DNA of 64,000 nt from Mobula hypostoma. Lineage: Eukaryota. The stretch covers positions 142,106,001 through 142,170,000 of the forward strand of contig NC_086097.1 in assembly GCF_963921235.1 (NCBI RefSeq), written 5' to 3'. The position numbers were made by a program, and so were the translations under genes. Of this stretch, positions 1 to 13,960 are shown in pieces; the stretch's first letter is position 1; every line of letters starts with the position of its first letter. A model generated the notes under the pieces. It was not told where the DNA came from and ran no database searches. It was given only the letters and a program-made list of their open reading frames with translations.

Positions 1-1173
1 TTTGACAAGGTCCCACACAGGAGATTAGTGTGCAAACTCAAAGCACACGGTATTGGGGGTATGGCACTGATGTGGATAGAGAATTGGTTGGCAGACAGGA
101 AGCAAAGAGTGGGAATAAACGGGACCTTTTCAGAATGGCAGGCAGTGACCAGTGGGGTACCGCAAGGCTCAGTGCTGGGACCCCAGTTGTTTACAATATA
201 TATTAATGACTTAGACGAGGGAATTAAATACAGCATCTCTAAGTTTGCGGATGACACAAAGCTGGGTGGCAGTGTTAGCTGTGAGGAGGATGCTAAGAGG
301 ATGCAGGGTGACTTGGATTGGTTAGGTGAGTGGGCAAATTCATGGCAGATGCAATTTAATGTGGATAAATGTGAGGTTATCCACTTTGGTGGCAAGAACA
401 GGAAAACAGATTATTATCTGAATGGTGGCCGATTAGGAAAAGGGGAGGTGCAACGAGACCTGGGTGTCATTGTACACCAGTCATTGAAAGTGGGCATGCA
501 GGTACAGCAGGCGGTGAAAAAGGCGAATGGTATGCTGGCATTCATTGCAAGAGGATTCGAGTACAGGAGCAGGGAGGTACTACTGCAGTTGTACAAGGCC
601 TTGGTGAGACCACACCTGGAGTATTGTGTGCAGTTTTGGTCCCCTAATCTGAGGAAAGACATTCTTGCCATAGAGGGAGTACAAAGAAGGTTCACCAGAT
701 TGGTTCCTGGGATGGCAGGACTTTCATATGATGAAAGACTGGATCGACTAGGCTTATACTCTCTGGAATTTAGAAGATTGAGGGGGAATCTTATTGAAAC
801 ATATAAAATTCTGAGGGGATTGGACAGGCTAGATGCAGGAAGATTGTTCCCGATGTTGGGGAAGTCCAGAATGAGGAGTCACAGTTTGAGGATAAAGGGG
901 AAGCCTTTCAGGACCGAGATGAGGAAAAACTTCTTCACACAGAGAGTGGTGAATCTGTGGAATTCTCTGCCACAGGAAACAGTTGAGGCCAGTTCATTGG
1001 CTATATTTAAGAGGGAGTTAGATATGGCCCTTGTGGCTCAAGGGATCAGGGGGTATGGAGAGAAGGCAGGTACAGGGTTTTGAGTTGGATGATCAGCCGT
1101 GATCATAGTGAATTGCGGTGCAGGCTCGAAGGGCCGAATGGCCTACTCCTGCACTATTTTCTATGTTCCTATG
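1..1173 (+). mobile_element. CR1-clade LINE, 3' part (RT C-terminus and 3' UTR), running off the window start
   Basis: Uninterrupted ORF to 1083 with GVPQGSVLGP, FADDTK and VRPHLEYCVQFWSP motifs, followed by a CR1-type 3' end (gaagggccgaatggcctactcctgcac...ttctatgttcctatg). Confidence 0.95.
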
Positions 1174-2342
1174 CTTCATTAAAACCTTTTGACTTCATCC
1201 ATCAAGTGGGACTATGAAGTGCACTCCTCAAATTGAGCAAGCAAAGAAATTCATTTTCACTTTATGGCTGCTTCATAATACTGGGTAGGTGATAACTGAA
1301 AGAAGCACAAAACCAACCACAGTGCAGCCTGGTTTTAAACAAGCCTGCATCACTGCCCTGAGTCATTTTGTGATCTTTCTTACTGCAAATTTGCACCTCA
1401 TCTCCAGCATGAGTGAAAGCAAACTACAAGGCTAACAGGGAACTTAGGTTATTTCCAGAACAAAAATGATTCTGAACTCAGCAGTCAAGCTAAGTATAAA
1501 ACAACACTTGTGACATCAGACATCTGATGGCCAAGCTCCATATCGTCTTTGAATCTTCGACTCTTTTACTGACAAATATGAGGAAATGAGTTACAGTGAA
1601 CAAACTTCAAATCTGTTAACAATTTGCAGCTGCTCTGTGACATTGCTCCCTGTCAAAAAGGTTCATTGTATGACACTGGAAAATGTTGCTATATTCCACA
1701 TCTCAGGAACCATTTTTCAGTGAAGGCTGAAGAAATACATCCCTGCCAATTTTTAAGACAGCTATTTTTATTTAATTCTAATCATATAATGCTTTGATCC
1801 CCTAACTATATCATCCTTTACTTGTGCCATAGAAAATTTCTCTTGCTACAGGCACTGAAAATCTGTTCTCTTGCATGCACTCACAAACATGGACACAATA
1901 CCTACCTCCCCATATCTCAACCTTCAAATGCTTCAGTCCCATCATACACCCAATTCTCAGTTGCACTCAGCATCCTTCCCTGAATACATATGACCTGTAC
2001 CAAACCAACACACTTCCTCTCCCTTAAGACTCTCAGAGAAGTGCAGCCGTACAATCACATTTACAGACTAGCTGTCGCCCTCACCACTAATTCATCCTCA
2101 TACACCCAATTTACACAAGAGTGAAAGCAGACTACTCATTTGCTGGTAAATATGAACATCTAGCCAAATCAAAGTCCATTGGAACACACAATAGGTGGGA
2201 GGCACATGTTTAGCCTTTACCCCAATTACCATCTCAGAAGCAGAGTTGAATTGTAATCCATACAAATCCAATAAAGGAAGGGGGAATAATTAATTAAATT
2301 TAGGAAAAAGAAAGCAATGACACCCGCTCCCTCCACCCTTAC

Positions 2343-2543
2343 CTTTGGTTTCACATCTTTGGTGGTCGCAGAAAAAGACCGCACCGGACTAGAAGGAAGT
2401 CTCTTGGAAGTGGTAGCTGTCGTCATAGTGGTTGTACTGATTTTTTTATTGGGGCTTGGAACAGCTGCCGCAGGTCGCTTAAGGGAAGCTGATGGCTGTG
2501 GTTTAGTTTTGGTTGGTGAGATCTTTGTAGTCAGTGTGCCCAC
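2343..2543 (-). CDS. MAP4: MAP4 internal exon, proline-rich region (201 nt, phase 0-0): VGTLTTKISPTKTKPQPSASLKRPAAAVPSPNKK...SATTKDVKPK
   Basis: Acceptor ...ccctttcgctgtatgtaaaAG|GTG, donor AAG|GTAAGG. The peptide resembles the recalled mammalian MAP4 exon ending ...PSKDVKPK. Confidence 0.9.
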
Positions 2544-3672
2544 CTTTTACATACAGCGAAAGGGAATAACACAAAGGTCGACGATGCCAAAGAAAACATG
2601 GAATTAAAAGAAGCAAACAAAATACAAAGAAAAAATAGCCAATGGTAATTTTATGCCAAGTAAATAAACTCTGTGAATCCGAGACAAATTTTAATTGTAC
2701 AAAGCTAGATGTCATAATTTTCTAGGTTCCCTGAAACACCTGTTGTCCCACTAAACAGAATACAGGTCAGGAGGGGACAAGAGCTGAAGGGGAGAATCAG
2801 AGTCAGAAGAGCCGGGGAAAGAAGGAAAGTGGGAGGGAAAGGACAGAAAACGGTGCAGCAGAAATACACAAAGAATAAGGGAAGAAAGAGAGGGAGAAAG
2901 GAAAAGAGACATTTACCATGGTTCTAATGCTTGGAAAGCCCAGGAGGTGGCACAAGTGAAGCACAGATTTCAGTTCAGATTAATGACACTATCTCTTCCA
3001 AAATTCCAGAGAATTTCCAGCCATAAAGAGGGCCAGATGCAAACACAAGCCACGGACAAAGGTCAGGGGAATTAAAAATTTAGACAATTAAAAGAATGCT
3101 AAAAAAATTTTCCAGATTAAAAAAGGGAACATAGGAGGGTTGGGAGGTCAGAAAGGTAAGAAGGCTGGATGGGGAGGGAAGAGTGGAAGAAAGAGCTGAG
3201 GGAAGGGGAGGGGGCAGGTGAATAGGGGAGATGCAAAGCAAGGGATGTGGAGGAAAAGGTAGGAAATATTAGTAGGCAGGGTGAGAGTTCATCACTCATT
3301 ACTTTGTTTATAAGCCCATGGGTGAAGCTCAAGTTCTAGCTCTTTAACAACTGCTTAACTATTTTTCTAAAAATAAAGTGATAACATCAAGGCGTACACA
3401 AATGGACCAAATTTGGCTACATTTTGTGGGATCCTGAGTTTCAAGATATACAGAAGATATCAGTAGACAGCAAGGGGTCAGTTTATATAAAACTTGTAAA
3501 GTGCATTTTACTATTTGTCTGACAAAGTCAAAATATACAGACCAAAACCTATTTGCCTCAAAAACACAGACTTTAGGTTGCACTCATGAAAAAAAATTAA
3601 CAGAAATATGGTTGTAGCAAATAAATATACAAAGCACAGGAAGATTGTTTTTCAACCAGAATGTGTACCTAC

Positions 3673-3767
3673 CTTTCCTTTTGCATCAGGGGTTACTGGG
3701 TGCTCTTTGGAGACTGCAGCTGTCTCTTTTTTGGTCACATTCTCTGCTGTTGTTTCCTCTGGTTTGG
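3673..3767 (-). CDS. MAP4: MAP4 shared exon (95 nt, phase 1-0): (A)KPEETTAENVTKKETAAVSKEHPVTPDAKGK
   Basis: Acceptor catctgcAG|CC, donor AAG|GTAGGT. Phases match the upstream phase-1 donors and the downstream phase-0 exon. Equivalent in position to mammalian GIARPEEG...PEKKTK (recalled). Confidence 0.85.
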
Positions 3768-5204
3768 CTGCAGATGTTTTTTTAAAAAAAACGAACAATG
3801 CAATCAGTGAAATTTCAAGGACAAATGTTTTATCTCTTGCTGCAAATCCATACTGCTTCAGGTGAGAAAATTTAGAGACTAGCTTAAACAAAGACATGCA
3901 ATATCCATAGAATCCTTACAGAGACAAAGAAAATATGTATCTTTGGTATCACCTCTGATTAGTAATTAATAGCTTATAACTGCATTTCACATGTGACGTT
4001 CTACATTCCTCTAAACCAATATTTACTTTCTTCTCATTTAATATCAGTTTCACTGTTCTTCTTTGGAACATATATGAATAATCTTACAGTTTTGCATAAA
4101 TTGACATCCTGCCACTTTGGACATTTAACCAATCCAAACCTTTTGCAGACACTTTGCATCCTTCTTGCATATCACCTTCCACCCATGTATTGTACCATTA
4201 ATATAAGTGGACATATTACAAATCTGAACTTTCATTTGATATTAATATAGACCGAAGACCCAGCACAGATTAAGTGCATGAGGACCACAATCTGCAAATG
4301 ACCCAAACATTCTACTGTCACTTCCCTTCAATCCTCTTCCATACAAACATATATTACCCCAAATTCAGAAAGTTTATTTTGAACAATGCTCTTTTGTAAG
4401 GCAATTGATAAAATGCTTTCCAAAAATCAACTTGTACAGTACATTTATAAAATCCTTTCCTGCTATTAGCTATACCTTGGTAATCCCTATTACACTATTT
4501 CTCTTTGATAAAATATTTGCTGATAGTAAGTCTATCAACTCATAAAATTATTTTTTTTTTTCACATGCTCTCTCTTGACTGAGTCATATTGCTATTGCTT
4601 TCTAGTTGCGGCCTCAAATTCCTGGATTTTCCCATTAGCTCAGTGCCTTCAGCACATGAAATGCTGTCATTCATGAAGGTCACTCACTACCATCTTCTCA
4701 AGGGCCTTATAGGACTGATCAGTACACACTGTTCTGTGTAACCATGTCATTATGCAAAGATTCAATAAAAAAAACACATAATGCAATGTACAGAGCTGCT
4801 TCCCATTGGTTATCTGTTGTCTACTGGATGTATAGAATGTGACCATTAAATATGGTCACCAACATTGCATCCACCAGCTCCTCTGGTGAAGCCAATGTGC
4901 ATTCTCTGAGGTTAAATCCACATTCTGTTTGGTAATAGTTAACTAATAACAAAGACACAGTTGGACTCTATGGCCCTGTACTCTATGAAGCAGCTGGTAT
5001 GCTGTGAAGAAAGAAATAGAAATCACAATACTGAAACAACCCAATCAGCCTGCATTGGACTTATTCTTCCACATAAGCAGTAGACTTTAATCATTAAAAG
5101 CACTATATAATTATAAATAGTTGCTGTGAAAATGGCTGCCACATCAGCTTGCATATAGTTATTACAATTTAAAGTAACAAGTAATATGCAAAGCACTCTC
5201 AAGG

Positions 5205-5345
5205 TTTCAAATTCAAGTTTAATTGCCATTCAACCATACACGAATACCCATGAATACAGCCAAACGAAACAGCGTTACTCCGGGGCAAGGTGCAAAACAG
5301 TAACTACCAACAGTCATACACAACACAAGGTACGTATAGCACATA
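5205..5345 (-). mobile_element. 3' end of an unclassified non-LTR retroposon, interrupted by the Tc1 element (apparently continues at about 11318-11620)
   Basis: Minus strand ends ...ggttgaatggcaattaaacttgaatttgaa, similar to Rex1/Babar-type tails elsewhere in the window (38641-38670, 27139-27153). Confidence 0.5.
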
Positions 5346-5992
5346 CAATTGTTAGGGTTTGTGAACCCTTGGCAATTACCTGGTTTTCTGCACTAATTAC
5401 TCAAAACGTAGTCTGATCTTCATCTAAGTCACAACAATCTGCTTGAACTCATAATACACAAACACTTGTACTACTCAATACTGAACACACCATTTAAACA
5501 ATCACAGACTAGGTTCAAAAAAGTATGTGAATCTCTGGGCTAATGCCTTCTTCAAAAGCTATTTGGATTCAGGTATTCCAACCAATCAATGAAATTGGAA
5601 GTGTAGATTGTAGAGGTGCCTTGCCCTATAAAAAAAGACAACACAAAGTCAGGTTACTGACTAAGCCTGCTCTTCTCAAGAAAGATCTGTTTATGTGTAC
5701 CATGCCTCGATCAAAACAATTTTCAAAGAAGAAAAATTGCAGAGATGCATGAAGCTGGAAAAGGCTACAAAAGCATTTCTAAAGACCAGAGTGTTCATCA
5801 GTCCACAGTAAGAGAAATTATTTACAAATAGAGGAATGTCAGTACTGTTGCTACTCTCCCTAGAAGTGGGTATCCTGCAAAGATCACACCAAGAGCACAA
5901 TATGCAATGCTGAAGAAGTTGAAAAAGAACCCAAGGGTAAGATTGAAAGACCTGCAGATGTCTCTAGAACATACTAAAGCCTCTGTTCATGT

Positions 5993-6128
5993 CCAACTTT
6001 CAAATCCCTTACTCACTCTTCCTTCAGTTAGTCCTGACGAAGGGTCTCGGCCTGAAACGTTGACTGCACCTCTTCCTACAGATGCTGCCTGGCCTGCTGC
6101 GTTCACCAGCAACTTTGATGTGTGTTGT
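5993..6128 (+). mobile_element. Penelope-like element 3'-terminal fragment (136 bp) inserted in the Tc1 transposase
   Basis: Near-identical to the PLE end at 47237-47365. 12-bp TSD ctctgttcatgt at 5981-5992 and 6129-6140. Confidence 0.9.
6029..6066 (+). ncRNA. Minimal type-I hammerhead ribozyme motif (PLE-associated)
   Basis: tagtc-CTGACGA-a-gggtctcggcct-GAAA-cg-TT-gactg: helix I tagtc/gactg, intact core boxes, helix III reduced to palindromic ACGU. Confidence 0.7.
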
Positions 6129-6328
6129 CTCTGTTCATGTGTCCACTAAAAGAAAATCACTGAACAAGAATGGTCTTCATGGAAGAACACCATGGAGGAA
6201 AACACTGCTCTCCAAAAAAAAAGATTACTGCATAGCTCCAGTTTGTAAAAAACCACCTGGATGTTCCACAATGCTTCTGGGACAATGTTCTGTGGACAGA
6301 TGAGACAAAAGTTGAACTTTTTGGCAGA

Positions 6329-9300
6329 GTCTGACTGTCATGACTTCCAGTTCCTCTTTTGACCTGTTTTCCTTTTATTGAGAACATGATTTCCCTGCAG
6401 TAGGATTAACCCTTTACACACTATATGATTCTCATTGAAAATGGATAAGACTATTAATTTTGTTTCATGGAATACTAATGGTTTGAACCATCCGATTAAA
6501 CGGAAATTTTTTTAAAAAAATATTTCATAGACTGAAAGCTCAGATTATTTTTGCACAGGAGACTCATGTGAGAAAGGAGGACAACCAACGTTTTTTTTTA
6601 GGTTTTGGAGGGGTATGCAGTTTCATTCTAATTCATCCGCAAAGGTGTAAGGTGTTCCTATATTTATTGATTCTTTGATTTCATTTGTTCATTATGAGAC
6701 AATTTCAGACCCAACTGGTAGATTTTTGTTAATTACCGGTTTATTTTATAATCAAAAAGTTGTTATGGTTAATATTTATGCTCCAAATGTTGATTATCCT
6801 GAATTTTTAAAGCAACTATTTGCATTATTCCCTAACTTAAATGAATATAAATTGATAATAGGTGGAGACTTTAATTGCTGTTTGAATCCTTTGATGGATA
6901 GGTCTTTAGTTAAACAAATCCTACCAAATAAATCTGCACTTTCTATTAATTCTTTTTTAGTGGACTCTGGAATATCAAACATCTGGCGGCTACCCTAATG
7001 ATAAAGAGTTCTCTTTTTTCCTCTCATGTTTATCACAATTATTCTAGAATTGATTACTTTTTTATTGACTCCCGATTAGTACCATCTGTCATTGCTTGTG
7101 ACTATGATGCAATTGCTATTTCTGATCATGCACCTTTGAAATTATCAATTAAATTAGCTGATGTAAGTTTTAGAACTAGACAATGGCGGTTCAATTCCAC
7201 CTTACTTCAAGACAAAGTTTGTTAGTTTCATTAAAGAACAGATCGCTTTTTTCTTTTCAACTAACTCTACTGAAGGAATTTCCAGTGGGACATTATGGGA
7301 AACTTTTAAAACATATATTCGTGGACAAATTATTTCATACTCTGCAGGATTAAAAAAGCAAACCGATAATGAAATGTGTATATTGGTTGATAAGATTAAA
7401 GAAATTGATAAAGAATATTCAATTACTCCCAATTTGGAGATTTATAAAAAGAGAGTCGAACTTCAGATGCAACATAGTTTGTTATTAACATCTCCCATTG
7501 AAAACCAGTTACTTAAAACTAAATCTCAATTTTATATACATGGTGATAAATTGGGGAAATTATTGGCCAATCAATTGAAAACTGTTTCGGTTAAAGTTTG
7601 TAAACAGGATGGCAATTTTACGGTTGACCATGATGAGATTAATAAATCCTTTCAAGAATTCTATACCTCTTTATATCAGTCAGAATTCCCTAACGATACT
7701 ACTACAATGCATGAATTCTTAGGGAAATTGAATTTCCCCAAACTATCATCTGATGAATGTTTACTAAAGATACACTGATTACGGAGGAAGAAATGCAGAA
7801 AGCAATTTCTTTAATGAACTCCGGTAAAGCCCCTGATATGAATGGATTTATAGTAGAATTTTTAAAAATGTTTTTCTGATTTACTCTCTCCTTGGTTAAG
7901 TCGAACTTTTAAAGATGCCTCATTGATAGGTAAACTACCAGAGTCCTTTTATGAAGCATCCATTTCCTTAATTCTTAAAAGAGATAAAGACCCTACTGAA
8001 TGTGCTTCATACAGACCAATATCTTTGTTGAATGTAGATTTTAAAATTCTTTCTAAAATAATGGCAATTTGATTGGAAAACGTGTTGCCCAAAATTGTTT
8101 CAGAAGATCAGACAGGATTTATAAAAAAAATCGTTACTCATACTTTAATGTTAGGAGATTATTGAATATTATATACACTTCCTCACCTAAAATTCCAGAA
8201 TGTATTATTTCATTGGATGCTGAGAAGGCATTTGACAGAATTGAATGGAAATATTTGTTTAATACACTTGAGAAATTTAATTTTAGTCCAAAGTTTATAT
8301 CCTGGATTAAATTGATATATCATACACCTTTGACCTCTGTAGTTACAAATAGTCAGATATCTCCCTTTTTTAGGCTTTTTCATGGTACTAGGCAGGGCTG
8401 TCCTTTAAATCCTTTACTATTTGACATTGCTTTAGAACCCTTGGCAATTGCTTTTCAAGATTCACCAAATATATTTGGCATTATTCAGGGCAATGAAACA
8501 CATAAAGTATCACCATAAGCAGATGACTTGTTATTATATATTTCTAATCCAGAGAAATCCATTCCTTCAGTAATATTATTACTTGCTCAATTTAGTAGCT
8601 TTTCTGGTTATAAATTAAATTTTGATAAGAGTGAGTTATTCCCATTAAATACGCAAACTTTAATTTACAGAAGTGTTCCATTTAGATTGGCTACAGAATA
8701 CTTTATGTACTTAGGGGTTAAAATTACGAAGAAACATCAGGACCTATTCAAGGCTAATTTCTTACCTTTAATTGATCATATTAAACAATTATTAACTAAA
8801 TAGTCTCCGATGTCCTTATCATTAGTTGGCCGAATCAATGCTATTAAGATGATAGTTCTACCTCAATTTCTTTATTTATTTCAGGTAGTACCAATTTTTA
8901 TTCCTAAATCCTTCTTTGATATTATTGATTCCAAAATTTCTTCATAATATATGGCAGAGTAAAAATCCCAGGTTGAGTATGAAATATTTACAGAAATTCA
9001 AAAAGGATGGTGGTTTGGCGATGCTGAACTTTAGATTTTACTATTGGGCAATTAATATCTGAAATTCAACCTTTTGGACCCAAGAGTTAGATAAAACCCA
9101 AAGTCCAAGGTGGTTGAATCTTGAACGCGAGTCTGTGCAAGGATTTTCATTGGCGTCTATTTTAGGGGCTTCGCTCCCCTTTGCATTTACTAAATTGAAC
9201 AAACAAATTACTAACCCAATAATTAAATATACAATACGAATATGGTTCCAATTTCGTAAACTTTTTGATTTGAATAAATTTATCCTTTCCAGCCCTATTT

Positions 9301-10560
9301 TATTTAATTTTTTTTCAACTGTCCAGAATTGATCAAGCCTTTCTTTTTTGGAAAATGAAAGGAATAAACTGTTTTCGTGATTTATTTACGGATAACTCTT
9401 TTATGTCATTTGAACAGTTACCTAATAAATACAATTTGCCTAGATTGCGCTTTTTTTTTAGATATCCACAGACTAGAAATTTTTTGAATGTTATTTTGCC
9501 TACCTTTCTGATGTCACATCAAGCTGAAATTACGGAAAAAATTTTAAGTTTAAATCCCTTACAAAGGAGTGTAATAGCAACTATCTACGACTTGATCATG
9601 AAAATCCCTTCAGGTATACATGATAAAATAAAGAATGAATGGGAACGAGAACTTCAAGTAAATATATCCATAGAAGAATGGGAAAAGATTCTTAAATTAG
9701 TTAATACTTCTTCAATGTGTGCTAGACATACTTCAATACAACTTAAAGTGATTCATAGAGCATATATGTCAAAAGACAAACTAGCCCGTTTTTATTCCCA
9801 TATAAACCCTATGTGTGACAGATGTAACTCTGAGGTTGCTTCTTTAACCCATATGTTCTGGTCCTGCCCTCATTTGAAAAAATATTGGAAAGACATCTTT
9901 GATATTGTTTCAGCAGTTTTACATATTGATTTACAACTCCATCCTATTACTGCAATTTTTGGATTACCAATGATTGATTCTAGTTATTTAACATCTTCAG
10001 CCTGCCATTTGATAGCACTTGTTACGCTGATGGCCAGAAGATCCATTTTATTTAAATGGAAAGATTTTGATCCCCCTACTACACTTCAATGGTTTTCTCA
10101 AACTATAGCGTTTAAACCTAGAAAAAATTAGGAGTGGCACGGTTAATTCCTCGATTAAGTTCAAGGAAACTTGGGAGTCTTTTATTCAATATTTCCATAC
10201 ATATGACTTAAGTTGATTTTTTAAAATTCTTTTTCCTAATATTTAATTGTTTATGGAAAGAGGAATGGAGTCAAGGACAGAATAATTATAATTGACAAAT
10301 TATGGCAGCCCAGTTTTTTGTTTTGTTTTCTGTTTAGTTTAGGGGATTTTTTTGTTTTTTTGTTTTTTTTCTTGAACAAATCTTTTGAACTTTTTCCTGT
10401 TTCAATTATCAAGAGATTGGGTGGACTTGTCTGGATATGATATTTGGAACTTATGTTTGTATATATTATTGCTACTATTGTAATCCTGTTCTCTTGGTAT
10501 TGTTATTATTGATATGTTCATTTAACTGATTATAATGCAATAAAAAGATTTGAAAAGAAA
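6329..10560 (+). mobile_element. L1-clade LINE, 5'-truncated, with a full-length but pseudogenised ORF2 (about 6441-10211)
   Basis: APE endonuclease (MDKTINFVSWNTNGLN, NIYAPN, GGDFN, SRIDYF, SDHAP), RT (SLDAEKAFDRIEW, GTRQGCPLNP, YADD mutated to stop-ADD at 8516) and a C-terminal CDRC...HMFWSC knuckle. AATAAA and an A-rich tail. 15-bp TSD gaactttttggcaga at 6314-6328 and 10561-10575. Confidence 0.95.
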
Positions 10561-11624
10561 GAACTTTTTGGCAGAAATGCACACTGCTATGTTTGGAGGA
10601 AAAAAGGCACTGCACACTAACACCAAAACCTCATCCCAACTGTGAAGCATGGTGGAAGGAGCATCATGGTTTGGGACTGTTTTGTTGCCTCAGGGCCTGG
10701 ACAGCTTGCAATCATTGACGGAACAATGAATTTCAAGTTGTATCATGATATTTTGCAGGAGAATGTCAGCGTAGCAGTCTGTCACCTGAAGCTTAATAGA
10801 AGCTGGATGATGCAACAAGACAATAATCCAAAGCATAACAGTAAATCAACAGAATGGCTTAAATAAAAGGAAATGCATGTTTTGTAATGGCCAAGTCACC
10901 GAGTCCAGACCTTAACCCAATCGAGATGCTGTGGCATGACATCAAGAAGGCTGTCCATGCAAGGCATCCCAGAAATACTGATGAACTGAAACAGTTTTGA
11001 ATGGAGAAATGGTCTAAAATTCCTCCTCACCATTGTGCATGTCTGATTAGCAGCTACAGGAAATATTTCGTGGAGGTTATTGCTGCTAAAGATGGTTCTA
11101 CCAGTCATTAAATACAAGGGTTCACATACTTTTACAGCCTGGAAAAACAATGTTAAATAAATACATGAAAGTACAATTGTTTGTGTGTCATTAGTTTAGG
11201 CAGATTGTATTTGTCTATTATTGTGATTTAGATGAAGATCAGACCACATTTTATGAGTAATTAATGTAGAAAGCCAAGTAATTGCAAAGGGCTCACAAAC
11301 TTTTTCTTTCAACTGTACCAGACAGCAGTAAACAGACAGTCACACAAAAAATAAAGTCATGTTCCTTGAGTCCATGAATGTTGCAGCAGTCTGCAGTTGA
11401 GAAAAATCCAACCTGTCTTCCACCTAACGACAACTGGAGGGCAGCACTGACCCTAGCCTGGACACCGTGTCACACGTTCTTTGGCACCAACTCTTGGGAC
11501 GCTGCAAACAGGCAACAGCATGGCTTAAGGTCTAGTCCTCACTACAACTAAGGTCATTCAGTTCCCCTGCCATTTCCTAATAAACCAGTGAACCAGACTT
11601 GCAGCATTCCATATTCAGCTCTTT

Positions 11625-13960
11625 GACTCCATCACATCCATACTCTTTCCCAATCCCATTCTCTCACCTTCTCCATGTAACCTTTGAAACCCCTGACTAA
11701 TCAGAAACCTATCCATCTCCATTTTAAGTATATTCTATGACTTGTCTTCCGCAGCAGTCTGTGGAAATCAGTTCCACAGATTCACCACCCTCTGGCTAAA
11801 GAAATTCTTTCTCAGCTCTGTTCTGAATGGACATCCCTCTGTTCTGAGGCTGTGCCCTCTGGTCCTAGACTCACCCACAAAAGGAAACATCAATTCCACA
11901 TCCACTACATAGGCCTTTCAATATTTGTTAGGTTTCAATGAGATCCGCCCCACATTCGTCTTAACTCCAGCGAGTACAGACCCAGAGCCATCAAACATTC
12001 CTCATACGTTAACCCATTCATTTCCGGAATCATTCTTGTGAACCTCCTCTGAACCACCTTCAATGCCAGTATATACTGCAGTCTGATAAATGCCTTATAT
12101 AGCCACAGCATCACATTCTTGCTCTTACATTCCAGTCCTCTAGAAATAAATGCTAACATTGCATTTGCCTTCCTTACCATTGACTCAATCTGCAAGTTAA
12201 CCTTTAAGGAAACCTGCACTAGTCCCTTTACACACCAAATTACTGAATTTTCTCACCATTGAGTCTACGTTTTTATTCCTTCTACCAAAGTGCATGATCA
12301 TACATTTCCCTACACGATATTCCATCTGCCACTTCTATTCCCATTTTCCGCATCTGTCTAGACCTTCTGCAGACTCCGTTTCCTCAACTTGACCTGCTCC
12401 TCTACCTATCCTGGTACTGTATACACACTTGGCCACAAAACTATCAATTCTGTCATCCGCCATTTTGTTGCCCTCCAATTACAACCTCTCGTGCATCATT
12501 TTCTAGCAGTCCATTATCCAATCTTGCCTCCCTATTACTCTTTATAAATCTGAACAAAACTTCTGGTATCCTCTTTTATATTATTGGATAGCTTTCCTTC
12601 ATATTTCATCTTTTCTCTCCTTATGTAGTTTTTAGTTACCTTCTGGTGGTTTTAAAGTTTCCTAATCCTCTAATTTCCCACTAATTTTTCTAATATTATA
12701 TGCCCTCTCTTTTCCTTTTATGTTGTCTTTAACTTCCCTTGTCAGTCACAGTTGCCACATCCTCCCTTTAGAATACTTCTTCATCTTTGGGATGTACCTA
12801 TTCTGCGCCTTTCTAATTTCCCCCAGAAGCTCCAGCTACTGCTATTCTGCTGTCAACCCTGCTAGTGTCCTCTTCCAATGAAATTTGGCTAGCTCCTCTT
12901 TCAACCCTCTATAATTCTCTTCACTCCACTATAATACTAATACATCTGTCTTTATCTTCTCTCTCTCAAAATGCAGGGACAATTCTATTCAAATATGATC
13001 ACTGGCTTTTAAGGTTTCCTTTACCTTAAGCTCCCTAATCAAATCTGGTTCATTACGCAGCACCCAATACAGAATTGCCTTTCCCTTAGTGGGCTCAACC
13101 ATAAAGTCCTCTAGAAAGTCAGCTCGTAAGCATTCTACAAATTCCCTCTCTTGGCATCCAGAACCAACCTTATTTTCCCAATCTATCTGCATATTGAAAT
13201 CCCCCATGACTATCGTAACATTGCTCTTTTTAATACCTTTTCTATCTTCCCTTGTAATTTGTATACCACATCCTGGCTACTGATCGGAGGCCTGTATATA
13301 ACTCCCCTCACCGTTTTTCACCCTTGCAGTTTAGTAACTTTGCCTACAAGGATTCTATATCTTCCAACCCTATGTCACTTACTTGTAAGGATTTGATTTC
13401 ATTTTTTTTTTAAACCAACAGAGCCATCCCACCCCCTCTGCCTGTCCTTCTGATACAACGTACATCCTTGGATGTTAAGCTCCCAACTATGATTTTCTTT
13501 CAGCCACAATTCAGTGATGCCCACAACATCGTACCTGCTGATCTCTAAATGTGCTACAAGATCATCTACCTTATTCCATATTACTCCGTGCATTCAAACA
13601 CCTTCAGTCCTGTTTGCATCAAACTTTTCAATTTTGCCCCATATTACACTTCAACTCATCCCACTGACTGCAATTTTTCTCTGTCATCTGCCTGTCCTCC
13701 TTCAGTCTCACTACATACTGCATCTAGTTGTATACCAACTACCCCATCCTCAGCCCTATCAGTCCAGTTCCCATCCCTCTGCCAAATTAGTTTAAACCCT
13801 CCCTAACAGTTCTAGCAAACCTGCCACAAGGATATTGGTGCCCCTTGGGTTAAGGGATAACCTGTCCTTTTTGTACAGGTCATACCTTCCCCAGAAGAGA
13901 TTCTAATGTTCCAGAAATATGAAACCCTGTCCACTGCAACAATTTCTCAGCCATGCATCA
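11625..13960 (-). mobile_element. CR1 LINE, degenerate and internally deleted (ORF1 end, endonuclease, RT C-terminus, 3' UTR)
   Basis: ORF remnants YDVVGITELWL, MGDFNMQIDW, KANAMLAFISRGLE and VQRRFTRMIP. Confidence 0.88.

Larger units (their letters stand above)
5346..11315 (+). mobile_element. Tc1/mariner IR/DR-type DNA transposon, degenerate, split by two nested insertions
   Basis: About 200-bp terminal inverted repeats (5346-5535 and about 11115-11315) flanked by TA (5344-45, 11316-17). Frameshifted transposase pieces: MPRSKQFSK, KKNPRVRLKDLQ, LHGRTPWRKTLLSKK, WDNVLWTDETKVELFGR, KHGGRSIMVWDCF, QQDNNPKH, SPDLNPIE. Confidence 0.93.

Noticed and set aside
2317..2607. Hydrophobic, membrane-protein-like ORF on the + strand
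   Set aside because: Antisense shadow of the Thr/Lys/Pro-rich MAP4 exon 2343-2543.
2760..3270. Purine-rich tracts as triplex or G-quadruplex elements
   Set aside because: Low-complexity intronic sequence with no regular G-run pattern or other support.
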